From Eubacteriales bacterium (lineage in GTDB: Bacteria > Bacillota > Clostridia > Oscillospirales > CAG-272), in contig JAZNXR010000095.1 in assembly GCA_045593985.1 (NCBI GenBank), forward strand, positions 1 to 49,920: a DNA stretch of 49,920 nt, given 5' to 3'. A program made the position numbers and the translations under genes. Shown here piece by piece: positions 27,709 through 37,725 of this stretch. Below the pieces are notes generated by a model. The model had not been told where the DNA came from, made no database searches, and worked only from the letters and a program-made list of their open reading frames with translations. The first letter of the stretch is position 1. Each line of letters begins with the position of its first letter.

Positions 27709-30348
27709 ATGCCAGAACAAAGAAAAAATACGACACAAAAAAAGAAGGTCGAAAAGCCTAAAAAGCCGTCGAACGATGCTGTCGAGCCTATTGAGCGCCC
27801 GATACATCAGATTCTTCCCTTTATCATAGGCGCTTTTTCAATATTTCTGTTTTTCTGCTTAATTCCCATGGAAGGCACGGGAGGACTCGGATTCGGTCTG
27901 CGTTGGTTCTTTAACGGACTGTTCGGTGGAGCATCCTTCGCCCTTCCCTTCCTTGGTCTTATTCTTGCGCTCTTTTGGAGAAAGCGTTTGCGCAAGAGCG
28001 TGGCTTCCCTTGTAAAATTTGCGATTTGGCAGAGCATTTTCTTTGTGTCTCTATCAACGCTTATTCATTACTGGAGCTGGGGCAATCCCGCCACTATGAC
28101 CTTTAACCCCATTGTTCTTTTCAAATACGGTTGTGATTTCCGTGGATGCGGCGCACTCGGAGGACTGCTCGGAGTTTGCATTTATAAGCTCACGGGAGCA
28201 GTCGGCGTTTATATTATCGGTCTTTCGGCTGTAATTATCTTTGGTCTTCTGATGTTTGAGCTTACGCCCTATTCGATTTATCTTTACATAAGATATTTCA
28301 TTCGCATTTCGGAGGAAAACAAGGAAAAGAGGCTTACAGAAAAGGAAAACGAGGAAAAGGTAACTACCTTCAAGAAAAAAGGAAAGCCTACGGTGGTAAT
28401 TACGGAAGAAGAGGAAAATTATGCTACCGTAAGGCCTGATCCTTATGACCGTCATCACTTTGAGCCGGATATCCCGACGGGCGAAACGGGCAAAAAAGTG
28501 CGAGATAAGCGCTTGCCCGAAAACGAAAACGAATCTACCCCCGTTCGTGAGGATCTCTTCACTCCCGACGAGGAGGAGGACGAGCCGCCTTTCGATGATG
28601 CTGTAAAGACGGAAATCGTTACGCCGGCACGCGTTGTTAAAAAATCCGTTCCCGATTTTGAAGAAGGCAGCGAAAAGGCGGATCTTCACGGAATCTTTGG
28701 AGACAGCGGAAACCTTGAGGTCGTCAACCGTTTTGCCGACGAGCATGAAAGAAAAAATCTTGAGAGATCTATTCAGAACGGCGAGAATTCAGACGCCTCT
28801 CTTGAAATAACCCGCTCCCCCGTTGAGGAGGTTGCAGAAGCTGAGGTGAAGGAATACGTGTTCCCGCCCGTCTCCCTTCTCACTCTTGATACGACCCCCA
28901 AAAACGAGAATATCCGTGAGGAGCTTCAAACAAATGCGACTCGACTCGTAGAGACGCTTCGCAGCTTTAAGGTCAGAACAAAAATCGTCAATATTTCGCG
29001 CGGCCCTGCAATCACGCGATACGAGCTTTCGCCTGAGGAAGGCGTCAGAGTTCGCTCGATTGCGAACCTTGTTGACGATATTGCACTTAATCTTGCAACG
29101 ACAGGCGTTCGTGTTGAGGCGCCTATCCCGGGCAAAGCGGCTGTCGGTATCGAGGTTCCGAACAAGACCGTTTCGACGGTGTTCCTGCGTGACCTGATTG
29201 ACACCGAGACCTTCCGCAAGGCAACAAGCAAGCTTAACGTATGTCTTGGCGTTGACGTGGCGGGCGAGCCTGTATATCTTGACATCGTGAAAATGCCCCA
29301 TCTGCTTATCGCCGGTGCAACCGGTATGGGTAAGTCGGTTTGTATTAACAGTATTATCACTTCCCTGCTTTATAAGGGAACGCCTGACGAGATCAAGCTT
29401 ATCCTTATAGATCCCAAAAAGGTTGAGCTTAATATTTACAACGGACTGCCGCATCTTCTTGTTCCCGTCGTTTCCGATCCTAAAAAGGCGGCAGGAACAC
29501 TTCAGTGGGCAGTCACCGAAATGGAGCGCCGCTTCGAGCTTATCGAGGAGGTCGGCGTTCGTGACGTCAAGAACTACAATATCGTAACCAAGGACGATCC
29601 CGAAAAGGAATTCCTGCCGCAAATCGTAATCATAATCGACGAGCTTGCCGATCTTATGATGACTGCGCCTGACGATGTTGAAGCGTCTATTTGCCGTCTT
29701 GCGCAGAAGGCAAGAGCTGCAGGTATGCACATTATAATCGGTACTCAGCGTCCTTCGGTTGACGTTATCACAGGTCTTATCAAGGCAAACGTCCCCTCTC
29801 GTATCGCTTGCACAGTTGCTTCGCAGACCGACTCGAGAGTCATTCTCGATATGGCGGGCGCAGAAAAGCTTATAGGACGAGGAGATATGCTTTATGCTCC
29901 CGTAGGAGCTGCAAAGCCAAGACGAGTTCAGGGCGCATTCGTAAGTGAATCCGAGGTTGAAAACATCGTTTCCTTCATTAAATCGGAAAACGGCGACGTC
30001 TCCGAATACAATTCCGATATTATCGCAAGCATTGACCGTGCCGCCGCAGCCTGCGGAGGAAAGAAGGGCGGTTCGGGTGGCTTTGGCGGAATGGAAGAAG
30101 GAGCGAGTGAGGGCGGAGATCCCATGCTCCGTGCCGCTATCGAGCTTGCGCTTGAAAGCGACAAAATCTCCACTTCCCTCATTCAAAGACGTCTTTCTCT
30201 CGGCTACGGCAGAGCCGCAAAGCTCATCGACGAAATGGAAAAGCGCGGCTACGTTTCTCCCCCCGAGGGACAGAAGCCACGCCGTATACTCATCACCCGT
30301 GAGCAGTATATGGAAATGGTCATAAACAGAAGCGAGGAGCTTCAGTAA
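27709..30348 (+). CDS. ftsK: DNA translocase FtsK/SpoIIIE
   Basis: N-terminal TM domain, acidic linker, PHLLIAGATGMGKS, IIDELADLM, TQRPS, and gamma domain QRRLSLGYGRAA. Confidence 0.97.
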   Translation: MPEQRKNTTQKKKVEKPKKPSNDAVEPIERPIHQILPFIIGAFSIFLFFCLIPMEGTGGLGFGLRWFFNGLFGGASFALPFLGLILALFWRKRLRKSVASLVKFAIWQSIFFVSLSTLIHYWSWGNPATMTFNPIVLFKYGCDFRGCGALGGLLGVCIYKLTGAVGVYIIGLSAVIIFGLLMFELTPYSIYLYIRYFIRISEENKEKRLTEKENEEKVTTFKKKGKPTVVITEEEENYATVRPDPYDRHHFEPDIPTGETGKKVRDKRLPENENESTPVREDLFTPDEEEDEPPFDDAVKTEIVTPARVVKKSVPDFEEGSEKADLHGIFGDSGNLEVVNRFADEHERKNLERSIQNGENSDASLEITRSPVEEVAEAEVKEYVFPPVSLLTLDTTPKNENIREELQTNATRLVETLRSFKVRTKIVNISRGPAITRYELSPEEGVRVRSIANLVDDIALNLATTGVRVEAPIPGKAAVGIEVPNKTVSTVFLRDLIDTETFRKATSKLNVCLGVDVAGEPVYLDIVKMPHLLIAGATGMGKSVCINSIITSLLYKGTPDEIKLILIDPKKVELNIYNGLPHLLVPVVSDPKKAAGTLQWAVTEMERRFELIEEVGVRDVKNYNIVTKDDPEKEFLPQIVIIIDELADLMMTAPDDVEASICRLAQKARAAGMHIIIGTQRPSVDVITGLIKANVPSRIACTVASQTDSRVILDMAGAEKLIGRGDMLYAPVGAAKPRRVQGAFVSESEVENIVSFIKSENGDVSEYNSDIIASIDRAAAACGGKKGGSGGFGGMEEGASEGGDPMLRAAIELALESDKISTSLIQRRLSLGYGRAAKLIDEMEKRGYVSPPEGQKPRRILITREQYMEMVINRSEELQ

Positions 30349-30350
30349 AC

Positions 30351-30360
30351 CAACTTATTA
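30351..30360 (+). repeat. Left copy of 10-bp direct repeat CAACTTATTA
   Basis: Identical to 33103-33112; the two copies bracket the R-M gene. Confidence 0.75.
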
Positions 30361-30369
30361 GAGGAAAAA

Positions 30370-33117
30370 ATGACTGAATCAGATATAAAAAGAGCCGCAA
30401 AAGCCTTTGCGGAATATTGGAAAGACCGAGGTGACGAAAAGAGTGATAGCCAATCCTTTTGGCTTTCTCTTGCTCGTGACGTTTTAGGTGTAAGCGAACC
30501 CGAAAAGTTTATATTGTTTGAGGAACGTGTAAAGCTGGATCACACAAGCTTTATTGACGGTCATATTCCCTCTACTCATGTTCTTATCGAGCAAAAAAAG
30601 AAGGGCTTAAATCTCCGTAGCCCTATTCGCCAGTCAGACGGCACACTTCTCACCCCATTCCAACAGGCACAGAGATACTCGGCGGCACTACCCTATTCGC
30701 AGCGTCCCCGTTGGATCATCACCTGTAATTTTGAAGAGTTCCTTATTTACGATATGGAAAAGCCTACCGGCGAGCCGGAAAGTATTTTGCTAAAGGATCT
30801 CGGTAAGGAATATTATCGTTTGCAGTTCCTCGTCGAAGAAAAAAGTGAGCTTTTGCACCGTGAGGAACGGATTTCCATCAAAGCCGGTGAGCTTGTCGGA
30901 AAGCTGTACGATGCTATTTTGAAGCAGTATATTCATCCCGACAGCGAAGAAACATTGCGCTCTTTGAATATGCTTTGTGTCCGCCTCGTATTCTGCCTTT
31001 ATGCAGAGGATGCAGGCATTTTCGGCGGTCATTTGAAATTCCATAATTACATAAAGAGCTTTAATGTCAAGGACGTGCGCCGCGCACTCATTGATCTGTT
31101 CCGTGTGCTCGATACCAAAACCGAAGAGCGTGATCCTTATATGGATGACGCTTTGGCGGCGTTCCCTTATGTAAACGGCGGCCTGTTTGCTGACGAAAAT
31201 ATTGAGATTCCCAACTTTACGCAGGATATTGTTGATTTGCTTCTGCACAATGCAAGCGAGGATTTTGACTGGTCGCAGATCAGCCCCACCATTTTCGGTG
31301 CGGTGTTTGAATCCACCTTGAACCCCGAAACACGTCGTAGCGGTGGTATGCACTATACCTCTATTGAGAACATTCATAAGGTGATTGATCCCTTGTTCCT
31401 TGACGAGCTGCGTGAGGAGCTTGCAGAGATCAAGGCGCTGAAAGTACCCAAGATTCGCAACGATAAAGCAGAAGCTTTCCGTGAAAAGCTGTCTAAGCTC
31501 ACGTTCTTTGATCCCGCCTGTGGCTCGGGCAACTTCCTAACCGAAACCTATATTTCTCTGCGCCGTTTGGAAAACGAAGCGCTTGAAATTATAAACGAAG
31601 GGCAGATCATGCTCGGCTTTGACGGTGTTATCAAGGTGTCGATCGGTCAATTCTACGGCATTGAGATCAATGACTTTGCAGTAACCGTCGCAAAAACCGC
31701 CCTTTGGATCGCAGAAAGCCAGATGCTCAAGGAAACAGAGGACATTATAAATATGTCCCTCGACTTCCTTCCCTTGAAATCCTATGCCAACATCGTAGAA
31801 GGCAACGCCCTCCGTACCGATTGGGAAAGCGTTGTCCCGAAGGATAAGCTCAATTACATAATGGGTAATCCGCCTTTTGTTGGAAATAACAATCTTAACG
31901 CTGAGCAAAGGTTGGATTTGTTACCGTATTTTCCAAATAACAAGACAATGGATTATGTAGCAGCGTGGTATGTGATTGCGACAAGATTTATTGTCGGGAC
32001 GAGAATAAGGTGCGCTTTTGTTTCTACAAATTCAATCACGCAAGGTGAGCAGGTAGCATTGTTGTGGAAACCATTATTTGATGAATATGGTATCCATATT
32101 GATTTTGCCCATCGTACTTTCCGTTGGGATAGCGAAGCAAGTATCAAGGCTCACGTTCATTGTGTAATTGTTGGATTTAGCATTGCACATAATAGCAGAG
32201 CTAAAATAATCTATTCTTCCGAAAGACCTCAGATTGTGGAAAATATAAACGCTTATTTGTTAAACGGGGATGATGTTTTTGTTGTTAGCCGTACTAAACC
32301 TTTGTGCAAGGTAAGCGAAATCAGAAAAGGAAATCAGCCTACCGATGGCGGTAATTTAATTATTGAAACTGATGAGATTGAAGATTTCCTTCGCAACGAA
32401 CCGTGCGCTAAACCCTATATAAAGAAGTTAATTGGGGCAAAAGAGTATATCAATAATTTGGATAGATACTGTTTGTGGTTGGTAGGTGTCAAACCGGAAG
32501 AAATAAGAAAAATGCCTTTAGTTATGGAACGAGTTAAAAAAGTTCGCGAAATGCGTCTTTCAAGCCCCGATAAAGGCACACAAAGATTGGCTGACTATCC
32601 TACGTTATTTAGGGAAACTAACAACCCTAAAACATTCATTGTCGTTCCGTCTGTTTCTTCGGAAAACAGAAAGTATATTCCTATGGGATTTTTGGATGAG
32701 AATACCATACCCACAAATCTTGTTTTAATCATACCCGATGCTTCCTTGTACCATTTTGGCGTTTTAACCTCGAATGTGCATATGGCGTGGACTCGTGCGG
32801 TATGTGGACGCCTAAAGAGTGATTACAGATATTCCAAAGATATTGTTTATAACAATTTTCCGTGGTGCGCTCCTACTGAAGAACAAAAGAGAAAAATCGA
32901 AGAAACCGCACAAGCCATTCTTGATGCACGCGCTCTTTATCCCAATAGCAGCCTTGCTGATCTTTACGATGAGGTCGCTATGCCACCCGAACTTCGAAAA
33001 GCGCATCAAGCCAACGACCGAGCAGTAATGCAGGCGTATGGATTTGATATAAAGACCATGACAGAAAGTTCTTGCGTAGCAGAGCTTATGAAATTGTATC
33101 AACAACTTATTAATTAA
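30370..33117 (+). CDS. MmeI-like type IIL fused restriction endonuclease/adenine methyltransferase
   Basis: N-terminal nuclease-like IDG...LIEQK, IFGAVFE...RRSGGMHYTS, motif I FDPACGSGNF, motif IV GNPPF, STNSITQGEQV, and C-terminal GRLKSDYRYS..VYNNFPW and LRKAHQAND.AV. Confidence 0.92.
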   Translation: MTESDIKRAAKAFAEYWKDRGDEKSDSQSFWLSLARDVLGVSEPEKFILFEERVKLDHTSFIDGHIPSTHVLIEQKKKGLNLRSPIRQSDGTLLTPFQQAQRYSAALPYSQRPRWIITCNFEEFLIYDMEKPTGEPESILLKDLGKEYYRLQFLVEEKSELLHREERISIKAGELVGKLYDAILKQYIHPDSEETLRSLNMLCVRLVFCLYAEDAGIFGGHLKFHNYIKSFNVKDVRRALIDLFRVLDTKTEERDPYMDDALAAFPYVNGGLFADENIEIPNFTQDIVDLLLHNASEDFDWSQISPTIFGAVFESTLNPETRRSGGMHYTSIENIHKVIDPLFLDELREELAEIKALKVPKIRNDKAEAFREKLSKLTFFDPACGSGNFLTETYISLRRLENEALEIINEGQIMLGFDGVIKVSIGQFYGIEINDFAVTVAKTALWIAESQMLKETEDIINMSLDFLPLKSYANIVEGNALRTDWESVVPKDKLNYIMGNPPFVGNNNLNAEQRLDLLPYFPNNKTMDYVAAWYVIATRFIVGTRIRCAFVSTNSITQGEQVALLWKPLFDEYGIHIDFAHRTFRWDSEASIKAHVHCVIVGFSIAHNSRAKIIYSSERPQIVENINAYLLNGDDVFVVSRTKPLCKVSEIRKGNQPTDGGNLIIETDEIEDFLRNEPCAKPYIKKLIGAKEYINNLDRYCLWLVGVKPEEIRKMPLVMERVKKVREMRLSSPDKGTQRLADYPTLFRETNNPKTFIVVPSVSSENRKYIPMGFLDENTIPTNLVLIIPDASLYHFGVLTSNVHMAWTRAVCGRLKSDYRYSKDIVYNNFPWCAPTEEQKRKIEETAQAILDARALYPNSSLADLYDEVAMPPELRKAHQANDRAVMQAYGFDIKTMTESSCVAELMKLYQQLIN
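33103..33112 (+). repeat. Right copy of 10-bp direct repeat CAACTTATTA
   Basis: Identical to 30351-30360; supplies the last codons (QLI) of the R-M gene. Confidence 0.75.
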
Positions 33118-33146
33118 AACAAGCAGAGCTTTCGCTCTGCTTGTTT
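33117..33146. terminator. Bidirectional intrinsic terminator
   Basis: AAACAAGCAGAGC-tttc-GCTCTGCTTGTTT. Confidence 0.9.
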
Positions 33147-35544
33147 ATTTTAGTTCAACAACGGTGACTCCGCCGTCGCCTTCGCCGTAAATGCCGGCTC
33201 GGAAGCTTTTTACTCGAGGATCGTTTTTAAGGTGCTTTTTAAGCGCATCTCGTAGAGCCCCTGTTCCTTTACCGTGGATGAGCGTTACCGTCTTTACGTT
33301 TGCCATAATCGCTTCGTCGAGGTATTTATCGGTCATAAACCATGCGTCATCTCCGTACTGACCGCGAAGATCAAGGGATGAGGTAAAGGTTCTGTGCAGG
33401 GTTGCTTGGTATTTCGATGCGGCAACCTTTTTCTTATCTGCGGTTGTGACGGTCACTGCGTCTTCGACAAGCCGCAGGTTTTTGATGTTGCTTCGGATAT
33501 TCATGAAGCCAACCTGCACCGTTACGTTGCCGTTTTTATCGGGATCCGCTGTAAGCATTCCCTCCTGACCGAGATTGACTATAAGGACTGTATCTCCCTT
33601 TTTAAGCGGTCTCGGAAGCTCATAATCGCTATTACTCTGCTCCTCAACGGGATTGACGGAATCGGAAGCATCACGCAGACGCTTTCTTATTTCCCGTCTG
33701 CCTTCATCAAGGCGAGAGCCGAAGCCCTCCTTTTCCTTTTGGCGCTTGATTTTTTCAAGCTCCTCCATAACGTATTCGCTCGTGATCTTTGCGCTTGTAA
33801 TTATCTGCTCGGCTCGCTCTATATTCTTTTCGAGCTGCTTTTCCGATGCAAGAAGTCTATCGCGCATCACCTTTTCCTGCTCGGCACGGTATCTTTCAAA
33901 TTCCTCACGCTCACGCAGCGCAATATCTCGCTCGCGTTCCGCCTCGATCCTTCGTGCTTCAAGCTCCTCGATAACCTTCTCGAAGCGCTTATCGTCGGTT
34001 GAGATCTTGGCTTCTGCCGCCGAAATTATATCCTCGGCAATTCCGAGCTTACGGGAGATTGCGAATGCATTTGACTTTCCGGGTGTACCGATTATCAGAC
34101 GGTAGGTCGGGCGAAGAGTCTCGATATCAAATTCGCAGGAGGCGTTCGTTACGCCCTCTGTTTCAAGAGCATATGCTTTTATTTCGGCATAATGAGTCGT
34201 TGCACAGCAGAGTGCGCCAAAGGAGCGCACCTTGCCTATTATCGCCATTGCAAGCGCAGCGCCTTCCGTCGGATCAGTTCCTGCGCCAAGCTCGTCAAGC
34301 AGCACGAGAGAACGGTCGGTCACGCTATCCATAATATCGACTATATTCACCATGTGTGACGAGAAGGTCGAAAGTGACTGCTCGATGCTCTGCTCGTCAC
34401 CGATATCGGCGAGCACGGAATCAAAGACAGATAGCTCTGCGCCGTCCTCGCAGGGGATATGAAGTCCTGCATGAGCCATAAGGCATAATAGGCCTACCGT
34501 CTTCATACAAACGGTTTTACCGCCTGTATTAGGGCCTGTTATTACCATAGTATCGTAGTCATAACCAAGCTCTACCGAGATAGGCACGACCTTCTTTTTA
34601 TCAATCAAGGGATGTCTTGCCTTTTTGAAGGTAAGACAAGGGCCGTCGTCGAGAATCTTCGGCTCGCAGGCGTTAAGCCTATAAGAAAGCTCGCCCTTTG
34701 CAAATATGAAGCCAAGCTCGGTGAGGGTATGATAATTACCGATTATCAAGCCTCCCTGCTCTGCGCACATGGCGGAAAGCTCGGAGAGTATTCTCTCGAT
34801 TTCGTGCTTTTCACGGCTTTCAAGCGCACGAAGCTCGTTGTTTGCATCAACGATGGAAAGCGGCTCGATAAACAGCGTTGCTCCTGATGCAGAGGTATCG
34901 TGAACAAGACCTTTGATCTCGTTTTTATATTCCGCCTTGACGGGGACAACGTATCTGCCGTTTCTTTGAGTTACTATATTTTCCTGGAGATATTTTCCGT
35001 AAGCGCCGCTTACGTATCTGTTCAGCAGCTCTTTGATTTTGTTATTCTCTGCTCTGATCTTTCTTCTTATATCCGAAAGCTCAGGCGATGCCTCATCGGC
35101 AATCATATCCTCGGCTATGACCGTTTTTGTTATCCTCGTTTCGAGCATTCTGTCAACTACAAGACGGGCAAAATGCTCGTTCAGCGAGGGATACGCATTG
35201 ATATCGTTACGATCACCGAAGTAATAATCGTAAAGATGTCGGCTCGATGCAAGAAGAAGTGCCGTGTCGAGCAGATCCTTTGTGCTCATCGTTCCGCCCT
35301 TTTCGGCTCTCTCGATTGCATCGGTCACGTCACGAACGCTTCCAAATGACGGGAATCCCTTTGCGGCGATCATCTTTTTTGCATCGGTCGTCATAGAAAG
35401 ACGTTTTCTTATCATATAACCGTCGCTGTCGGGCGTTAAGCGCATAGAGAGCGCTTTTGCGCCGTCTGTCGGAGAGCATTCAACGAGCATCGACAGTATT
35501 TTATCAAATTCAAGGGTTTTTATCGCCTTGGAAAAGTTTGACAT
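33145..35544 (-). CDS. mutS2: Endonuclease MutS2
   Basis: VHDTSASGATLFIEP, ITGPNTGGKT, DIGDEQSIEQSLSTFSSH, DELGAGTDP and Smr domain IHGKGTG. Confidence 0.97.
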   Translation of the reverse strand: MSNFSKAIKTLEFDKILSMLVECSPTDGAKALSMRLTPDSDGYMIRKRLSMTTDAKKMIAAKGFPSFGSVRDVTDAIERAEKGGTMSTKDLLDTALLLASSRHLYDYYFGDRNDINAYPSLNEHFARLVVDRMLETRITKTVIAEDMIADEASPELSDIRRKIRAENNKIKELLNRYVSGAYGKYLQENIVTQRNGRYVVPVKAEYKNEIKGLVHDTSASGATLFIEPLSIVDANNELRALESREKHEIERILSELSAMCAEQGGLIIGNYHTLTELGFIFAKGELSYRLNACEPKILDDGPCLTFKKARHPLIDKKKVVPISVELGYDYDTMVITGPNTGGKTVCMKTVGLLCLMAHAGLHIPCEDGAELSVFDSVLADIGDEQSIEQSLSTFSSHMVNIVDIMDSVTDRSLVLLDELGAGTDPTEGAALAMAIIGKVRSFGALCCATTHYAEIKAYALETEGVTNASCEFDIETLRPTYRLIIGTPGKSNAFAISRKLGIAEDIISAAEAKISTDDKRFEKVIEELEARRIEAERERDIALREREEFERYRAEQEKVMRDRLLASEKQLEKNIERAEQIITSAKITSEYVMEELEKIKRQKEKEGFGSRLDEGRREIRKRLRDASDSVNPVEEQSNSDYELPRPLKKGDTVLIVNLGQEGMLTADPDKNGNVTVQVGFMNIRSNIKNLRLVEDAVTVTTADKKKVAASKYQATLHRTFTSSLDLRGQYGDDAWFMTDKYLDEAIMANVKTVTLIHGKGTGALRDALKKHLKNDPRVKSFRAGIYGEGDGGVTVVELK

Positions 35545-35560
35545 TGTTTTATCCTTATGT

Positions 35561-36352
35561 TTATAGTTTTTTTACGTTCTTATAAAAATCCAGCGTTTTA
35601 AAGCCTCGCTCAAGATGGTGAGTAAGGTATTTTTCACATACTCGGCAAAATAGCTCAAGCTCATCGTCTTCAAGCTTGAATGAGAAAATTCTCTTGCTTT
35701 GAGAGCCGATAACGTATCTCATTGCGGTAAGCACAGAGGAAGAAAGCGGCATAATTATTAAGGCCTGTCCTTCGCTTTTTCTCATTTCGATATCCTCGTC
35801 GCTTCCGAAGCAATCGCCACAGCGCAGAGCGCCGTTCATGATATCGAGATAAAATATTTCGCTCTCGGTTTTTCCGCAAAGCGGGCAGGCTGTAAGGTCG
35901 GGGCAAAAGCCGTTAAGCGCCATACAGCGAAGCTCAAAGACTGCCTTTATAAAATCGGTGTCGCTATCCTCTTTGCAAAGCATATGTAGCGTGTTGAGCG
36001 CAAGGGAAAGCGTTTCGGTACCGTTTTCGTTTTCAACGCTTACTTCGCCGCAGATTTCGGCAATGTACTGTGATAATGCAAAGCGGTCAAGAGACGAGCG
36101 AAGCTCGAAGAACTGACGTATCAGCTCGGCTTCACTCAACGTATAAAAGCCGTTACGCTCTTTTACGGTAAATTCGCTGTATGAAAGAAGCTGACTTGAT
36201 GCGCTGTTTTTGTTTTTCAGGCTTTTTCCGCCCTTGAAAAGCACCGTTATTCTTCCCTTCTCGGCAGAGAGGAGAGTCAACAGCTTATCGTTTTCGCCGT
36301 AGTCGCTCTCGCGTATGACAAGAGCCGGAAAGCTTATAATTTCTTGTGCCAT
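35561..36352 (-). CDS. recO: DNA repair protein RecO
   Basis: YGENDKLLTL...GRI and zinc motif CPLC...CGDC; downstream of era. Start taken as the ATG 1 nt after the era stop. Confidence 0.93.
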   Translation of the reverse strand: MAQEIISFPALVIRESDYGENDKLLTLLSAEKGRITVLFKGGKSLKNKNSASSQLLSYSEFTVKERNGFYTLSEAELIRQFFELRSSLDRFALSQYIAEICGEVSVENENGTETLSLALNTLHMLCKEDSDTDFIKAVFELRCMALNGFCPDLTACPLCGKTESEIFYLDIMNGALRCGDCFGSDEDIEMRKSEGQALIIMPLSSSVLTAMRYVIGSQSKRIFSFKLEDDELELFCRVCEKYLTHHLERGFKTLDFYKNVKKL

Positions 36353-36353
36353 A

Positions 36354-37241
36354 TCAAAGATCGTTTTTGTTGAATCCAAAGTTTCCGAGGTTAACTACGT
36401 CGTCACGCCCATTCGTCTTGACCTTTACCCAAAGATCAAGAAAGACCTTTGTGCCGAAAAAGGATTCGAGATCCTCTCTTGCATAACTTCCGATCTTCTT
36501 AAGCTGTGCGCCCTGCTTGCCGATTATGATTCTCTTATGCGCTTCTCGCTCGCAGAAGATCTCGGCTCTGATGCGGAGAAGCTTGCCTTCCTCCTTGAAT
36601 TCCTCGATAACCACTGCCGTGCCATGAGGAATTTCATCGTCAAGGGTACGAAGGAGCTTTTCTCTTATGATTTCAGACGCAATTTGTCTTTCGGGCTGAT
36701 CGGTAATTTCGTCCTCGCCAAAGAACCAAGCGCCCTCGGAAAGGAACTTTTCCGCTTCGGAAAGAACGATATCGACGCCCTTATTATTCTGTGCCGAAAT
36801 CGGAACTATCGAAACGAAATCGTAAAGATCCTTGTACTGAAGAATAGTTTCGCCCACAGCCTCGCCATTGACCTTGTCGGTCTTGTTTATAACGAGAATC
36901 GCAGGCAAGCCACGCTTGCTGATTCTCTCTACGATATTCTTCTCGGTCGGGCCGGGAGCCGCTCCCGCTTCAACTACGAAAAGGCAAGCGTCAACCTCGC
37001 CTATCGTATTGGAGATAGTTTTTACCATATAATCTCCAAGCTTATTTCTGCTCTTTATCATGCCCGGAGTATCGAGGAAAACGAACTGATCCTCACCACG
37101 TGTAAGAATTCCCGTTATCCTCGTTCTTGTTGTCTGCGGCTTCTTTGACACTATTGCGATTTTTTCGCCCAGCATTGCATTAAGAAGCGTAGATTTTCCG
37201 ACGTTCGGACGTCCGAGTATTGCTATAAAACCTGTTCTCAT
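36354..37241 (-). CDS. era: GTPase Era
   Basis: GRPNVGKST, KPQTTR, DTPG, NKTD and KH domain IIIGKQG. Confidence 0.98.
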   Translation of the reverse strand: MRTGFIAILGRPNVGKSTLLNAMLGEKIAIVSKKPQTTRTRITGILTRGEDQFVFLDTPGMIKSRNKLGDYMVKTISNTIGEVDACLFVVEAGAAPGPTEKNIVERISKRGLPAILVINKTDKVNGEAVGETILQYKDLYDFVSIVPISAQNNKGVDIVLSEAEKFLSEGAWFFGEDEITDQPERQIASEIIREKLLRTLDDEIPHGTAVVIEEFKEEGKLLRIRAEIFCEREAHKRIIIGKQGAQLKKIGSYAREDLESFFGTKVFLDLWVKVKTNGRDDVVNLGNFGFNKNDL

Positions 37242-37251
37242 ATCTATTTCC

Positions 37252-37725
37252 TTATCTTATTAATCCTATTGTTTTCAAAATTTCCTCTTGACGGAAAAAC
37301 ATTTCTTTTTCGTCTTCTTTGCTTATTTCGTGATCGTAGCCTAGCAGGTGAAGCATTGAATGCACCGTCAAAAATGCGACCTCACGCTCAAAAGAGTGCT
37401 GATAATCAATTGACTGCTCTCTTGCTCTTTCAAGCGAAATTACGATATCTCCGAGCGCATCACCGTCGGTTGCGTTAAGGAGATCTTCCTTTTCAAAAAG
37501 CGGAAAAGAAAGGACGTCGGTCGCTTTATCAATATTCCGATGCGCAAAATTAAGCGCCCTTATTCCCTCGTTATCGGTAAAGGTTACCGAAATTTCAGGG
37601 GCGAAGCTCACCTTTTCATATTCAAGAGAAGCCTTTATTGCACGGCGGACAAGGGCACGCAGGGACGGGCTGACCGTCTCCTTTTTTTGCTCATTTCTTG
37701 TGAAAATGTCTGCTCGCACGCTCAT
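37252..37725 (-). CDS. ybeY: rRNA maturation RNase YbeY
   Basis: TDVLSFP, LGDIVIS and HSMLHLLGYDH motifs. ATG at 37725 after AGGAG lies inside the 3' end of phoH. Confidence 0.96.
   Translation of the reverse strand: MSVRADIFTRNEQKKETVSPSLRALVRRAIKASLEYEKVSFAPEISVTFTDNEGIRALNFAHRNIDKATDVLSFPLFEKEDLLNATDGDALGDIVISLERAREQSIDYQHSFEREVAFLTVHSMLHLLGYDHEISKEDEKEMFFRQEEILKTIGLIR

Noticed and set aside
28789-30186. 465-aa ORF antisense to ftsK; similar shadows at 41385-42689, 15869-16825, 36315-37148 and 44190-44942
   Set aside because: These are in-register antisense shadows of well-conserved genes with biased codon usage, with no independent coding evidence.
27709-30348. FtsK and TopB as markers of a conjugative element
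   Set aside because: FtsK has the full chromosomal architecture (TM domain, linker, motor, gamma domain), and both genes sit among core genes. No relaxase, T4SS or integrase is present.
23350-33117. Reading TerB-N/ATPase plus the MmeI-like gene as one BREX-like locus
   Set aside because: No PglZ, BrxA/B/L or BrxHI genes are present. The two parts are separated by housekeeping tauE, uppP and ftsK, and the R-M gene has its own insertion signature.
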